Source of the DNA: Flaccisagitta enflata
Lineage: Eukaryota
DNA length: 64,000 bases
Assembly (NCBI GenBank): GCA_965153355.1
Contig: OZ231126.1
Span: 44,268,001 to 44,332,000, forward strand
Direction of reading: 5' to 3'
The position numbers and the translations under genes are program-made. Of the stretch, positions 39,264 to 54,785 are shown piece after piece. The notes below the pieces were generated by a model. That model had not been told where the DNA came from, searched no databases, and saw only the letters and a list, made by a program, of their open reading frames with translations. Each line of letters starts with the position of its first letter. The first letter of the stretch is position 1.

Positions 39264-39781
39264 CCACCAAGCGTTTCCAACATCAAAAGAACGAACGTGA
39301 CATTATTTGCGCGCTGAAATGGCGTTCAATTGTTTATATTATTTTTATTTGCCACCTTCTGTTTTTATTTACCACCTGTTTCATGATTTTTTTTCTTCTC
39401 AGAGCTCAGGAGCAGAAGCTTTGGTCAATCCTTACACATGATGGAGCTTTTGTTCACGATCCATATTTGATAGAAAAAAGAACAATCTGCATTGGCATTC
39501 CAGCTAACTCGCAACACCCACCAATGCACTCGCTATTTGTTCTCATGCAATAAAGATGATGCGATGGCAATTGAGCTGAAAATCTATTCACTTTACTTAA
39601 TTTACATATCGCAGCGACACCATTTCTACTCTGCCTAACTGCAAGACGAGTTATTCTGCGTTAATTTTTTCCACTTTATTCATTCTTCCGATCATTTATT
39701 AAGCCGAATGAACTTATAACTTACGCTGGTGTTTAGTTTCCGTCAAAGGAAACTGAAAGCTGAAAGTTTTGAATGCGACAT

Positions 39782-39974
39782 CGAAAACGAAGTCATCGAT
39801 GACGGAAACGAGGGAGGAATATATAAACAGCGAAAACAGTTTTCGTTGCTAAAAAAACGGAAGATGTATGAAATTTAAAAAAATAAAAACGCTAAGTGTC
39901 TTAGAATTCGTCCCCCCATGCCCCCTGATGTTGATGAAGCGATCAAAAAACCTTTTGTAATATGACACAACCGA
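39782..39974 (-). repeat. Right terminal inverted repeat of the giant transposon
   Basis: Reverse complement of 21610-21802; contains TATATAAA (39820-39827) and the palindrome GTCATCGATGAC. Confidence 0.93.
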
Positions 39975-40354
39975 GTGGTAGGTTGGTTTGGCCAGTTAGT
40001 ATGCTCAAATGCATATAAATCACATACATTTGTTGAGTCCTTCCATTTAGAGACTCCATACCAAATTTCAACCAAATTGGTTGAAAAATGCCAAAGTTAT
40101 GCACAATTTTCATTTTTAGGCCGGTAGGCTGGTTGGGCTGGTTGGGTTGGTGGGATCACAAAAATTGGATAGGATGTAAAGCGCCTTACCCTAGTCCAAC
40201 TTCCCACCTAATATGAACCAAATCGGTCAAAGCATAAAAAAGTTATCCATTTTTTAAAATCCGTGACAAGGACAACAGCAACAACGACGACAACGACACC
40301 CACCCGCCTTGAATTATAGTCCGCGTCGGAATGATATTCCGTCGCAGACAAAAA
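39975..40354. mobile_element. Right half of the split HINE-like repeat
   Basis: Same internal unit as 21200-21600; ends in a hairpin-like terminus (gtccgcgtcggaatgatattccgtcgcagac) plus an A-run. Confidence 0.7.
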
Positions 40355-42268
40355 CTGAAATTTTGTTTAGTGCGACCTATCAAATGAAGGGAAATTTGAC
40401 AGGAATTTTGTTCTAGCCAAGTAAAATAAACTCAATTTAATTGTATGCAAAATGAGAAAAAAATTGTCAATTTTTAATTTTTTAGTCGCATGCTACGCGA
40501 CTCTATGACCCGCTTTGTCGGTCGGTCTGCGTTAGCTTTTTTCAGCATTTACGAGCGGTTTTTGCGTTACTGGTCCTGCCCAATTGCTTAAATAACTTTT
40601 TTTTATCACTGCCCCTGCCCACTTCACGCGACTTTGGTAGCCGTGTATAAGGCCTTGTTTTTTCTCGAGGCGCCTCAGGAAAGATTTTTTTCAAGCTAGA
40701 TCCAAGTTCAGGAAGTCCATCCTGAGTGTAATTGAGCAATGAGCGAACAAGTGACACGGAGTCATAATATCGCTGCGGATGGGTGGGCAGGGGCAGCCAA
40801 CCCCCATCCACACCCCAACCCACCCCCCACACTCAAACCATACACAAAAAGAATCTAAAACGCTCGTTTTTCCACTTTTCAACTCGATGACCTCCGACCG
40901 ACCGACGGACGGACAAAGCCTCATATAGAGTTGCGTGTCCGCAACTAAAAATCCTGAGTAATCCTCATAACCACCTCGTGGTAGTTTGAACCAATGATGA
41001 GCAATCATTGCTTCATTCTGCGAAAATGTCGATAGCCAGGTCAATTGGTTAACTCGCGTGGCATTTGTCAATTTTCCTTCGTCGTTCCCAGCTTTAATAG
41101 TTAGAGGGATACACCTTGTAGTCACTTCAATAGCCCTTGCTGATGTCTATCCACGTCACTTTGAACTTTGAAGTCACAGTCACGAACCAGGAAAAGTGCG
41201 TCGTAGCCGTTTGATTGTAGCGTAGTTTCTTGCTCGCCACACCATCGATGCCGGAGCCTTTCCCTTGATTGTGCATATAGCATGAACAAGATATAAAAAG
41301 TATTTTCTCCTTTCTTGTCGGCGTTAATACATTGACACCTACTCCTCAAAACCAACTGATTAACTTTCTAAAGAATAACACCATATTCTTTGCATGCAGA
41401 TAAAACTGACTGGCGTACGGACAGCGCAGCTTTGTCTTTCCATCCATCGGTCAGTTTTTAGATGCCTCCCTCAGGAACGCATCTTTATAAGAGGATCTGT
41501 CCGTCCGTTAGTCCATCTGTCCGTCCGTTACGCCTGTTGGCAAACCGCATTTCTCGGTTCTTTTCAACTACATGGACGGTCCGACATGAAATGAACAGCT
41601 CTTTCGCTCTCTTGTTCTCCCTCTCTCAAATTCATCATCGTCGTCGTCATCGTTATGGTGAGATTCACTCAACGCAGTGACACAGTCAGGACTTAGCGTT
41701 GCCGGTCGGGCTTGTTTCATCACATTTCACTTTTTAGTTTTTTTGACCATTATAGGCGGTTTTTGCGTTACATGTAATTCCTGCCAAAATGCATGGACAG
41801 CTTTTATATCTGCCCCTGCCCACCTGCACGCGACTTAGCCGTGTATCCGGCTTTGATTTTTCTTCACATTCGCGGCCGTATGCATACCCACGACAAAGTT
41901 TCGCCTTGAATCATTTCGTGGTCCACTTGGGTCATATCAATGTTTTCTTTGTCGATTTAAGACGATGTATCTGCTAATCACCCACTTAGAGAAAAGAATC
42001 CATAATTTGGGATTTCGAAATGTGAATATGTGATGTTATCTCGCAAGTTCGGAGATGAAGAAATAAGATAGGATCTCTAAGTATCGCTGGATTCTACAAT
42101 ATGAGCTAAATCGATGATCCGCCTATATATCATTATGCGCCTATTTGTGAAATGACAACTGTTGTCGTCGTCGTTGTCGTTACTGTTGTCGTTGTTGTTG
42201 TTTTGTTGTTGTTTTGTTATTGTTGTGGTTCTTCTTCTTCTTCTTCTTCTTCTCCTTCTTCTTCTTCT

Positions 42269-42300
<32 letters not shown>

Positions 42301-42338
42301 ATCTTCATAAACGTGTCTTCCTCACCTGTCTTTTCTTA

Positions 42339-43488
42339 CAGGGTGTATCATGCCAAATTAGATATAAGAAAACGATAGCATTCTGCTTCTAAAAGTGCAA
42401 AAAAAGATCTGAAAAAAAATTCAAAAAGCATACAAGCTCCGGTTTTTTGTGTAAAAATTTTATGAGTCTGGGTCAAATATTCTAGCCACAACATTAATTT
42501 GAAGTTAACTGAGCATTTAGAGGAGAAGTTTTTTGGATATGATTGTGATGCTGAAAGCCTTTCTTTGAATTGCTCTCATTTCTAGATGGCTTAACCCACA
42601 TTTGCCAGATTAGTCTCAAATTAAAGAAAATTTGATAAGCTTTAATTTGGGACCAATCTTGCATCTGTAACTTAAGTCGTTTAGAAGTAAGAGCAATTCA
42701 AAAAAAAACTTTCAGAATTAAAATCATGTTCAAAGTGCTTCTCCTCTTAATGCTCAATTTATTTCAAATTGATATTGTGGCAACAATATTTGACCCAGAC
42801 CCATGAAATTTTTACACAAACAAGGCCAACACCTATAAGTCGCGTGCGAGACTTAAATATGTAATTAGCTTATTACATAACCACATAACTAAAATGACTT
42901 TTATTGAATTTGATATATGTAACATGACTTAAAATGATCTAAAATGACCTAAAATGACTTAAAATGACCTAATTTGACTTAAATTGACCTAAAATGACTA
43001 AAATGATTTAGTGACTATAATGACTTAAATTGACTTAAATCGACTTAAAATGACTTTAAAAGAATTTGATTGACCTAGAATTACTGAAATTGAATTAAAC
43101 TGACCTAAATTGACTTAAACAGACCTAAAATCTCAAAAATGATGAAAATTATTGAAATAACTCAAATGACTTAAATTGACTTAAACTGACTTAAAATGAC
43201 TTAAAATGACTTAAAATGATCTAATTTGACTATAAATAACCCAATTGACCTAAAATGAGTTAGTAGAAATAAAACGAATAAAAAAAGTAAAGTGTGACGG
43301 ACCAACCGACCGACCAACCGACCGACCAACCGACCGACCGACGGACAAAGCGGGGTGTAGAGTCGCGTAGCACGCGACTAAAAACCAGAGCTCATGTGCT
43401 CTTTGAATCTTTTTTCAAAATTATTTTTGCACTTTTAGAAACAGAATGTCATCGTTTTCTTATATCTAATTTGGCATGATACACCCTG
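42339..43488. mobile_element. Mariner-like MITE (CAGGGTG termini, TA TSD) with a nested HINE
   Basis: TA|CAGGGTGTATCATGCCAAATTAGATATAAGAAAACGA ... TCGTTTTCTTATATCTAATTTGGCATGATACACCCTG|TA; HINE with an (AAATGACTT)n array at ~42818-43384. Confidence 0.85.
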
Positions 43489-43804
43489 TATTTTCATTCT
43501 CCGCTGTCCTCTTCTTCCTCTGTCCTCTTCCTCTTCTTCTTCTTCCTCTTCTTCCTATTTTTCTTTTTCTTCCTCCTTCTCTTTCTCTTCCTTTTCTTCT
43601 TCTTCTTTTTCTTTTTCTTCCTTTTCTTCTTCCTTCTCTTTCTCTCCCTTTTCTTCTTCCCTCTCTTTTTCTTTTTCTTTTTCTTTTTCTTCTTCTTTTC
43701 TTAGATTCCTTTCCATAGGAGAAACCTCAGTACACTCATTGCGTAGGTGACGCTCAAATTGTCTTAACGTTACCAAGATTAAATTTTTCTTCCAAAATCA
43801 TTTT

Positions 43805-46333
43805 TTAGTCGCGTGCACGCGACTCTACAACCCGCTCCGTCGGTCGGTCGGTCGGTCGGTCGGTCCGTCGGTAACACTGCTTTTTGGGCAGCGGCCCCGA
43901 AGGGGACGAAGTCCTGTAGAACACAGGGGGACTTCGTTCGTTCGTTCATTCGTTAGTTAGTTCGTTCGTCCCCCCCCCCTTATCAGGCCCCTCAGGCCCA
44001 AAATCTGGCCTCTCAGGCCTCAAATCCAGCCTCTCAGGCCACAAATCCAGCCTCTCAGGCCTCTAATCCATCCTCTCAGGCCTCAAATCCAGCCTCTCTG
44101 GCCTCAAATCCAGCCTCTCTGGCCTCAAATCCAGCCTCTCAGGCCTCAAATCCGGCCTCTCAGACCTCAAATCCGACCTCTCAGGCCTCAAACCTGGCCT
44201 TTCAGACCTGAAATTAGGCCTCGCAAGCCTCAAATTGAAATTCCCATGCCTCAAACCTGTCCTCTCATGCCTCAAATTTGGCCTTAAGTTAGTTGTCTCA
44301 AGCTTCCAATTGGCATTCTCAGGCCTTAGATCAGTTTTCTTAGACCTCAATTTAAGCTCTTGAAGGCCTTCAGTCAACCCTCTATGTAGCATATCATCCA
44401 CGTAAGGCAGGACGAACGAAAGTCCCCCTGTGTTCTACAGGACTTTGTCCCCTTCGGGGCCGCTGCCCTGCTTCCCCTCACTCCAACTCACAATCACTCA
44501 AAGCAGGGCAAAGGGTATCGCTGACCATGTATTGCCCTTGGGCGACCTGTTAGCGTCTTTTTGGGTCGTCTGGAGTTATTTTGAGTCATTTTTTTGTTGT
44601 TTTTGGGAATTATTGGTTGCTTTTGGTCATTTTTGGTCATTTTTGGTCATTTTTGGTCATTTTGGTCATTTGGTCATTTTGGTCATTTTTGGCCATTTTT
44701 GGTCATTTTTGGTCAATTTTGATCATTTTTGGTCATTTTTGGTCATTTTTGGTCATTTTTGGTCATCTTTGGTCATCTTTGGTCATTTTTGATCATTTTT
44801 GGTCATTTTTGTCATTTTGGTCATTTTGGTCATTTTTGGTCATTTTTGGTCATTTTTGGCCATTTTTGGCCATTTTTGATCATTTTTGATCATTTTTGGT
44901 CATTTTTTGTCATTTTTGGTCATTTTTGATCATTTTGGTCATTTTTGGTCTTTTTTTGGTCTTTTTTGATCATTTTTGGTCATTTTTGGTCATTTTGGTC
45001 ATTTTGGTCATTTTTGGTCATTTTTGATCATTTTTGGTCATATTTGGGCATTTTTAGTCATTTTTGGTCATTTTTTGTCCTTTTGGGTCAATTTGGTCAT
45101 TTTTGGTCATTTTTGGTCATTTTGGTCATTTTTGGTCATTTTGGTCACTTGGATCATTTTTGATCATTTTTGGTCATTTTTGGTCATTTTTGGTCTTTTT
45201 GGTCATTTTGGTCATTTTGATCATTTTTGGTCATCTTTGGTCATCTTGGTCATTTTGGTCATTATGGTCATTCTGGTCATCTTGGTCATTTTGGTCATTT
45301 TTGGTCATTTTTGGTCATTTTGGTCATTTTGGTCATTTTGGTCATTTTTGGTCATTTTTGATTATTTTTGGTCATTTTGGTCATTTTGGTCATTTTGGTC
45401 ATTTTTGGTCATTTTTGGTTAAAGTCTGCTGGTTAAAGTCTGCTGGTTAAAGTCTGCTGGTTAAAGTCTGCTGGGTAAAGTCTGATGGTTAAAGTCTGCT
45501 GGTTTAAATCTGCTGGTTTACATCTTCTGGTTTAAGTCTGCTGGTTTAAATCTAATGGGTTAAGTCTGCTGGTTAAAGTCTGCTGGTTTAAATCCACTGG
45601 TTTAAGTCTGCTGGTTTAAAACTAATGGTTTCAGTCTGCTGGTCTAATGGTTTAAGTCTGCTGGTTTAAGTCTGCTGGTTAAAATGATATTAAAGATAAT
45701 TATGGTTTAAGTCTGGTTTAAGTCTGGTTTAAGTCTGGTTTAAGTCTGGTTTAAGTCTGGTTTAAGTATGGTTTAAGTCTGGTTAAAGTCTGGTTTAAGT
45801 CTGGTTTAAGTCTGGTTTACGTCTGGTTTAAGTCTGGTTTAAGTCTGGTTCAAGACTGGTTCATGTCTGATTTATGTCTGGTTTAGGTCTGGGTTAGGTC
45901 TGGTTTAGGTCTGGTCTATGTCTGGTTTTTGTCTGGTTTATATTTGATTTAGGTCTGGTTTTGGTCTGGTTTTGGTCTGGTTTTGGTCTGGTTATGATCT
46001 GGTTTTGGTCTGGTCTAATTCTGGTTTGAGTCTGGTTTGAGTCTGGTTTGAGTCTGGTTTGAGTCTGGTTTGAGTCTTGTTTGAGTCTGGTTTGAGTCTG
46101 GTTTGAGTCTGGCTTACATCTGGTTTATGTCTGATTTAGGTCTGATTTCGGTCTGATTTAATTCTGGTTTGAGTCTGGTTTGAGTCTGGTTTGAGTCTGG
46201 TTTGAGTCTGGTTTGAGTCTGGTTTGGGTCTGTTTTGTGTTTAAGTCTGATTTTCGATAAAAAGATACAATAAGGAGTCAGGTCAGTTCAGTGATTTTTG
46301 TCCTGCACGCGACTTATAGGTGTTGGCCTTGTT
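43805..46333. mobile_element. HINE-like element with (TTTGGTCA)n and (GGTTTAAGTCT[GCT])n arrays and a nested family A copy (43882-44551)
   Basis: Starts T-run + AGTCGCGTGCACGCGACT + (GTCG)n; ends GCACGCGACTTATAGGTGTTGGCCTTGTT. Confidence 0.7.
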
Positions 46334-47252
46334 CTAAACGAATTAAGCTATAACTTTCTGCTTGGTCTAGATTTGAAGAACTTTCGAAGTTCTTTCAAAC
46401 AGTCACTGATTTTTTGTATTTTCATTGAGGCTAAGCCGGTCAAAGGCATCAGAAACCGCCATGTACGGTTTTTTTTTGCCATGGTTAAACTGAAAAATAT
46501 AGAAGAGGGCTTTATGTTATTAATGCATCTTTATTATCTTTTATATGTCCTCATTTTATTTTCTTCTTTTTAGTCGCGTGCACGCGACTCTACAACCCGC
46601 TTTGTCCGTCGGTCGGTCGGTCGGTTGGTCGGTCGGTTGGTCGGTCACGCTTTACTTTTTTTATCAATTTTATTTCTTTAAGTCATTTTTAGTCATTTTT
46701 AGTCATTCTCAGTCATTCTAAGTCATTCCAAGTCATTCCAAGTCATTCTAAGTCATTTTAAGTCATTTTAAGTCATTATTGTCACTTTAGTCAATATAGT
46801 CCTTTTCATCATTTTAAGTCATTTTACGTCATTTTAAGTTATTTTAAGTCATTTCAAGTGATTTTAAGGCATTTTAAGGCATTTTAAGTCATTCTAAGTC
46901 ATTTTAAGTCATTATGGTCATTTAAGTCAATATAATCCTTTTCATAATCTTAAGTCATTTTAAGTCATCTTAAGTCATTTTATGTCATTATAAGTCATTA
47001 TAAGTCACTATACATCATTTTAAGTCATTTTAAGTCCTTTTTAGTCATTCTAAGTCATTCTAAGCCATTCTCGGTCATTTTAGTCATTTTAGTCAATATA
47101 GTCATTTCACTTTTTATCTAAATAATTACAGGTAATTATAGGTCATTATGCAATTTTGGGTAATCATAGGTAATTATAGGTCATTATGCAATTATAGGTA
47201 ATCATGGGTCATTGTAGGTAATTATAGGTCACTTTGTAATAATAGGTAATTA

Positions 47253-50963
<3,711 letters not shown>

Positions 50964-53042
50964 TATGTAATTATAGGTAATTATAGGTCATTATAGGTCA
51001 TTATAGGTTATTATGCAATCATAGGTCATTATTGGTAATTATAGGTCAGTATGTAATCAAAGGTAATTATAGGTAAATATAGGTCATTATAGGTCATTAT
51101 AGGTAATTATAGGTAATTACAGGTAATTATAGGTCATTATGTAATTATCGGTAGTTTTAGGTCATATTAGATAATTAAAGGTCATTATACATCATTATGC
51201 AATTATAGGTCATTATTGGTAATTACAGGTCATTATGTAATTATAGATGATTATAGGTAATTAAAGGTAATAATAGATCATTAGAGGTAATTATAGGTCA
51301 TTATGTAATTATAGGTAATTATAGGTCATTATAGATAATTATAGGTAATAATAGGTCATTATGAAATTTTGGGTAATTATAGGTAATCTAAGGTCATTTA
51401 AGGTAATTATAGGTCATTATGTAATTATCGGTAATTATAGGTAATCATAGGTCATTGTAGGTGATTATACATCAATAGACAACTCTAGGTAATTATAGGT
51501 CATTATGCAATAATATGTAATATAATATATGTAATAATAGGTCATTAGAGGTCATTATGTTATTAAAGGTAGTTATGGGTAATTATGGGTAATCATAGGT
51601 CATTATAGGTAATTATTGGTCCATATGTAATTATAGGTAATCATAGGTCTTTATAGGTACTTATAGGTCATTATTTAGTTAGGGGTAATTTTAGGTAATT
51701 ATAGGTAATCATAGGTCAATATAGGTAATTATAGGTCATTATGTTATTTTAGGTAATTGTGGGTAATTATGGGTAATCACACGTCATATAGGCAATTATT
51801 GGTCCATATGTAATTATAGGTAATCATAGGTCTTTATACATACTTATAGGTCAATATTTGATTATGGGTAATTATAGGTAATTATAGGTCATCATAGTTC
51901 ATTATAGGCAATTATAGATTAAAAGGTAATTATAGTCATTATTGTCATTACAGGAAATAACGTACTTATATAATTAGGCGATTATGTAAGCAAGTCTCGC
52001 ACGCGACTTATAGGTGTTGGCCTTGTTTTTTCTTCTTCTGGGCTGAGAAAAATGTCTCACGCCACAGGCTAAAGAGACAAAAAAATGCTCAACTGGAATT
52101 CTTTTAAGATAGCTCAATCAGGCAAGTATTTTGAGTGTTCCAAAGCCATGACCAAAAATAGAAACAAATAAACAAAGCGATTAAAAAAGTGAGGTTCAGA
52201 TGCATTCCCTACTCGATTCCTATTTCTCCTACCCTTATCATCCTTAGTCTCTTTAGTCTCTTTTTAGTCGCGTGCACGCGACTCTACACCCCGCTTTGTC
52301 CGTCCGTCCGTCGGTCGGTTGGTCGGTCTGTCGGTGCGTCACACTTCTACTTTTTTTTATCAATTTTATTCCTTTAAGTCATTTTAAGTCATTTTAGAGT
52401 ATACTAAGTCATTCCAAGTCATTCTAAGTCATGCTAAGTCATACTGTAAGTCTCGCACGTTACTTATAGGTGTTTCTGAAAGTCGAGCTCATCTCTCTTC
52501 TCTCTCTCTCTCTCTCTTTTGATTGCCAAGTTATCATCAATATTATTGCAAATTTTCAAACTCAAACTCAAATCATTGGAAAAAAGTCGAATTACGCAAT
52601 TCGACTTTTTAAAACATACGGGAGAAATAAAGTTTTCCATTTTTGGTTTGAGACAATTTTAGAATATTGAGTTGTTTTTGGGCTGGGATGATACATTTTT
52701 TGATATTCACAGCTAAGAAAGAGCTAATTTTTCTCTTTCAAATGAAGTCTCTACAATCATTAGTTTTGGCGCTATGAATTTTTGAATCTTTTTTCATTTT
52801 TTCGCATTTTTGTGAAATTCAATATCTTTCATTGATCCCATTTCTCGGCTTTATGTGACAAGATATAAAGAGTCAAGATGTTACACAAATTAACTCCAAC
52901 TTTTATGACGCTAGCTTTTGCAATCTACTCTGCATGAGAGAGACAAAGAGAGAGAGAGAGAGAAAAAAAAAAAAGAATAGAATGGGAAAGAGAAAGACAG
53001 AGAGAGACACACACTCCCCCAGACACACACACATAGAGATAC

Positions 53043-53133
<91 letters not shown>

Positions 53134-53291
53134 AAGAGAGACAAAGGAAGACCAAGAAAGAGATACAGAAACAGATTGAATGACAAAAACAGGCAGGCAG
53201 TCAACCAGATATCATGAAATGTACTTAGAAGAACATACACTGAAAAAAGAGACTCCTATTTACGACTTTTTTCCAGTCGGCGAGAGTCGCC

Positions 53292-53297
53292 TTTATT
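53292..53297 (-). promoter_or_regulatory. Candidate polyadenylation signal (AATAAA) of the zinc-finger gene
   Basis: TTTATT on + strand at the distal end of a repeat-poor AT-rich stretch ~1.5 kb downstream of the stop at 54786. Confidence 0.5.
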
Positions 53298-54292
53298 GGT
53301 ATTGTAACTTTGTCTCTTACAACTGATAATTCAGACCGCAAAGAGTAAACGACAAGTCGAACAACAAATAGTTCAAAGAGAATCATTTTAATTTATGATT
53401 GATATGAACATGCATAAATCTGTTTCGGTACAAATCACTGTGGCTACATTTACAACGTCAAGCAGAAAAAAAAAATTGGTGAGAATTTACAAAAGGCCTA
53501 TCGCTAGCCTAAAAGAGGAAGAAGAAATCCGCGTGAAAATCTATGTTTGGAATAATACCATGTTTTGTAGCAAAAAGGCTTAGTGACAAAAAAGCAATAA
53601 TAAATGTTACGCTTTAATTATCGTTTTTAAGGCAAACCATAGCTCATATGAGTATAAATAGCCTTACTGAGCACGGAAAAAGTATCAAAAGGCGGGGCCA
53701 AGTTAACATTTTTCTTCCGATAATTTGAGCATTAAGCTGGTATTGTTTGGCAATAAGTTAGAGAAATTAATCATTTAAGTCTACTGTGTAGCTCCGCATA
53801 ATTCAAGTTCTTACAGCCCTAGGAAAGTTGCAGTATTTGACAATCGATCACATGTTCACAGAAGATGAAGCGTTTGAAGAAAAAAAAACGAAAAAAACAG
53901 ATAACGATTCGGTTAAGCATAAGTAAATGAAAAAGAAGAAGGAAAAACAGCAATTGGGAACATGACAACTATCGAACAGTGTAGTCAAAGTCAGCATCGC
54001 TGAATATGAAACCAATTCCGAGTTTTTTTCTTACACTACATCAAATTCAGATGGCAAAAAGAAATTAAGGGAAAATGCAAATGGATCTGGAGTGAAATCG
54101 TTTTACATTTATGGTAGTTAACACTAGTTAAGATGGAACTACATTCCTAATAGCTTTCACAACATTCTCCACTGATTGTTGAAAAAAAGAAACTTTTTTC
54201 ACGCTACAACAGTCAATCAAATTTGATGGCCTTTCTTTGCCGCACATAATTCTTCACGATTACGTTTGTCTTTCGTTAAATCCACATCTTCA

Positions 54293-54706
54293 CAGTCTAT
54301 GGACAAAACGAGGAGAGTAGATTTTGCTGATCACCGGTATGATGCTAAGGACTGAAAGAATTAACGGAAGAACAATTACTACCTGTAGTAATCATTCAAA
54401 ATGTAGGCTTGTAATTACCTCATAGAAAATGACTGAGGACTGAAAGAAACTATTGCAAGAATGATTACTACAGGTAGTAATCGTTCTTCCGTTAGTTTCT
54501 TTCAGTCCTTAGTAATTTTTTTCGAGGTAATTACAAACCTATATTTTGAACGATTACTACAGGTAGTAATCGTTCTTCTGTTAAGTCTTTCAGTCTTTAG
54601 TAAATTTCTATGAGGTAATTACAAACCTACATTTTAAAATCAACTACGCCTAAGCATCATAACGGTGATCAGCAAAATCTACTCTCCTCGTTTTGTCCAT
54701 AGACTG
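54293..54706. mobile_element. Palindromic MITE in the probable 3'UTR of the zinc-finger gene
   Basis: ~55-bp near-perfect TIR CAGTCTATGGACAAAACGAGGAGAGTAGATTTTGCTGATCACC plus inverted internal ~80-bp units; flanked by TTCA/TTCA. Confidence 0.85.
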
Positions 54707-54785
54707 TTCACTATCTAAATTGTTCATTTGTCTTCTCTCGCGAAATTAATGTGATTACTCTCACAGTCTCACACGCATAAGTTCT

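Noticed and set aside
40640-41340. Coding-like unique sequence split by a HINE
   Set aside because: No consistent open frame, splice chain or recognisable motif.
44430-45450. Overlapping ORFs rich in FGHFWSFLVI
   Set aside because: Translations of the TTTGGTCA minisatellite.
52574-53277. Short inverted match TGGAAAAAAGTCG as a possible TIR pair
   Set aside because: Only ~13 bp and no TSD could be resolved.
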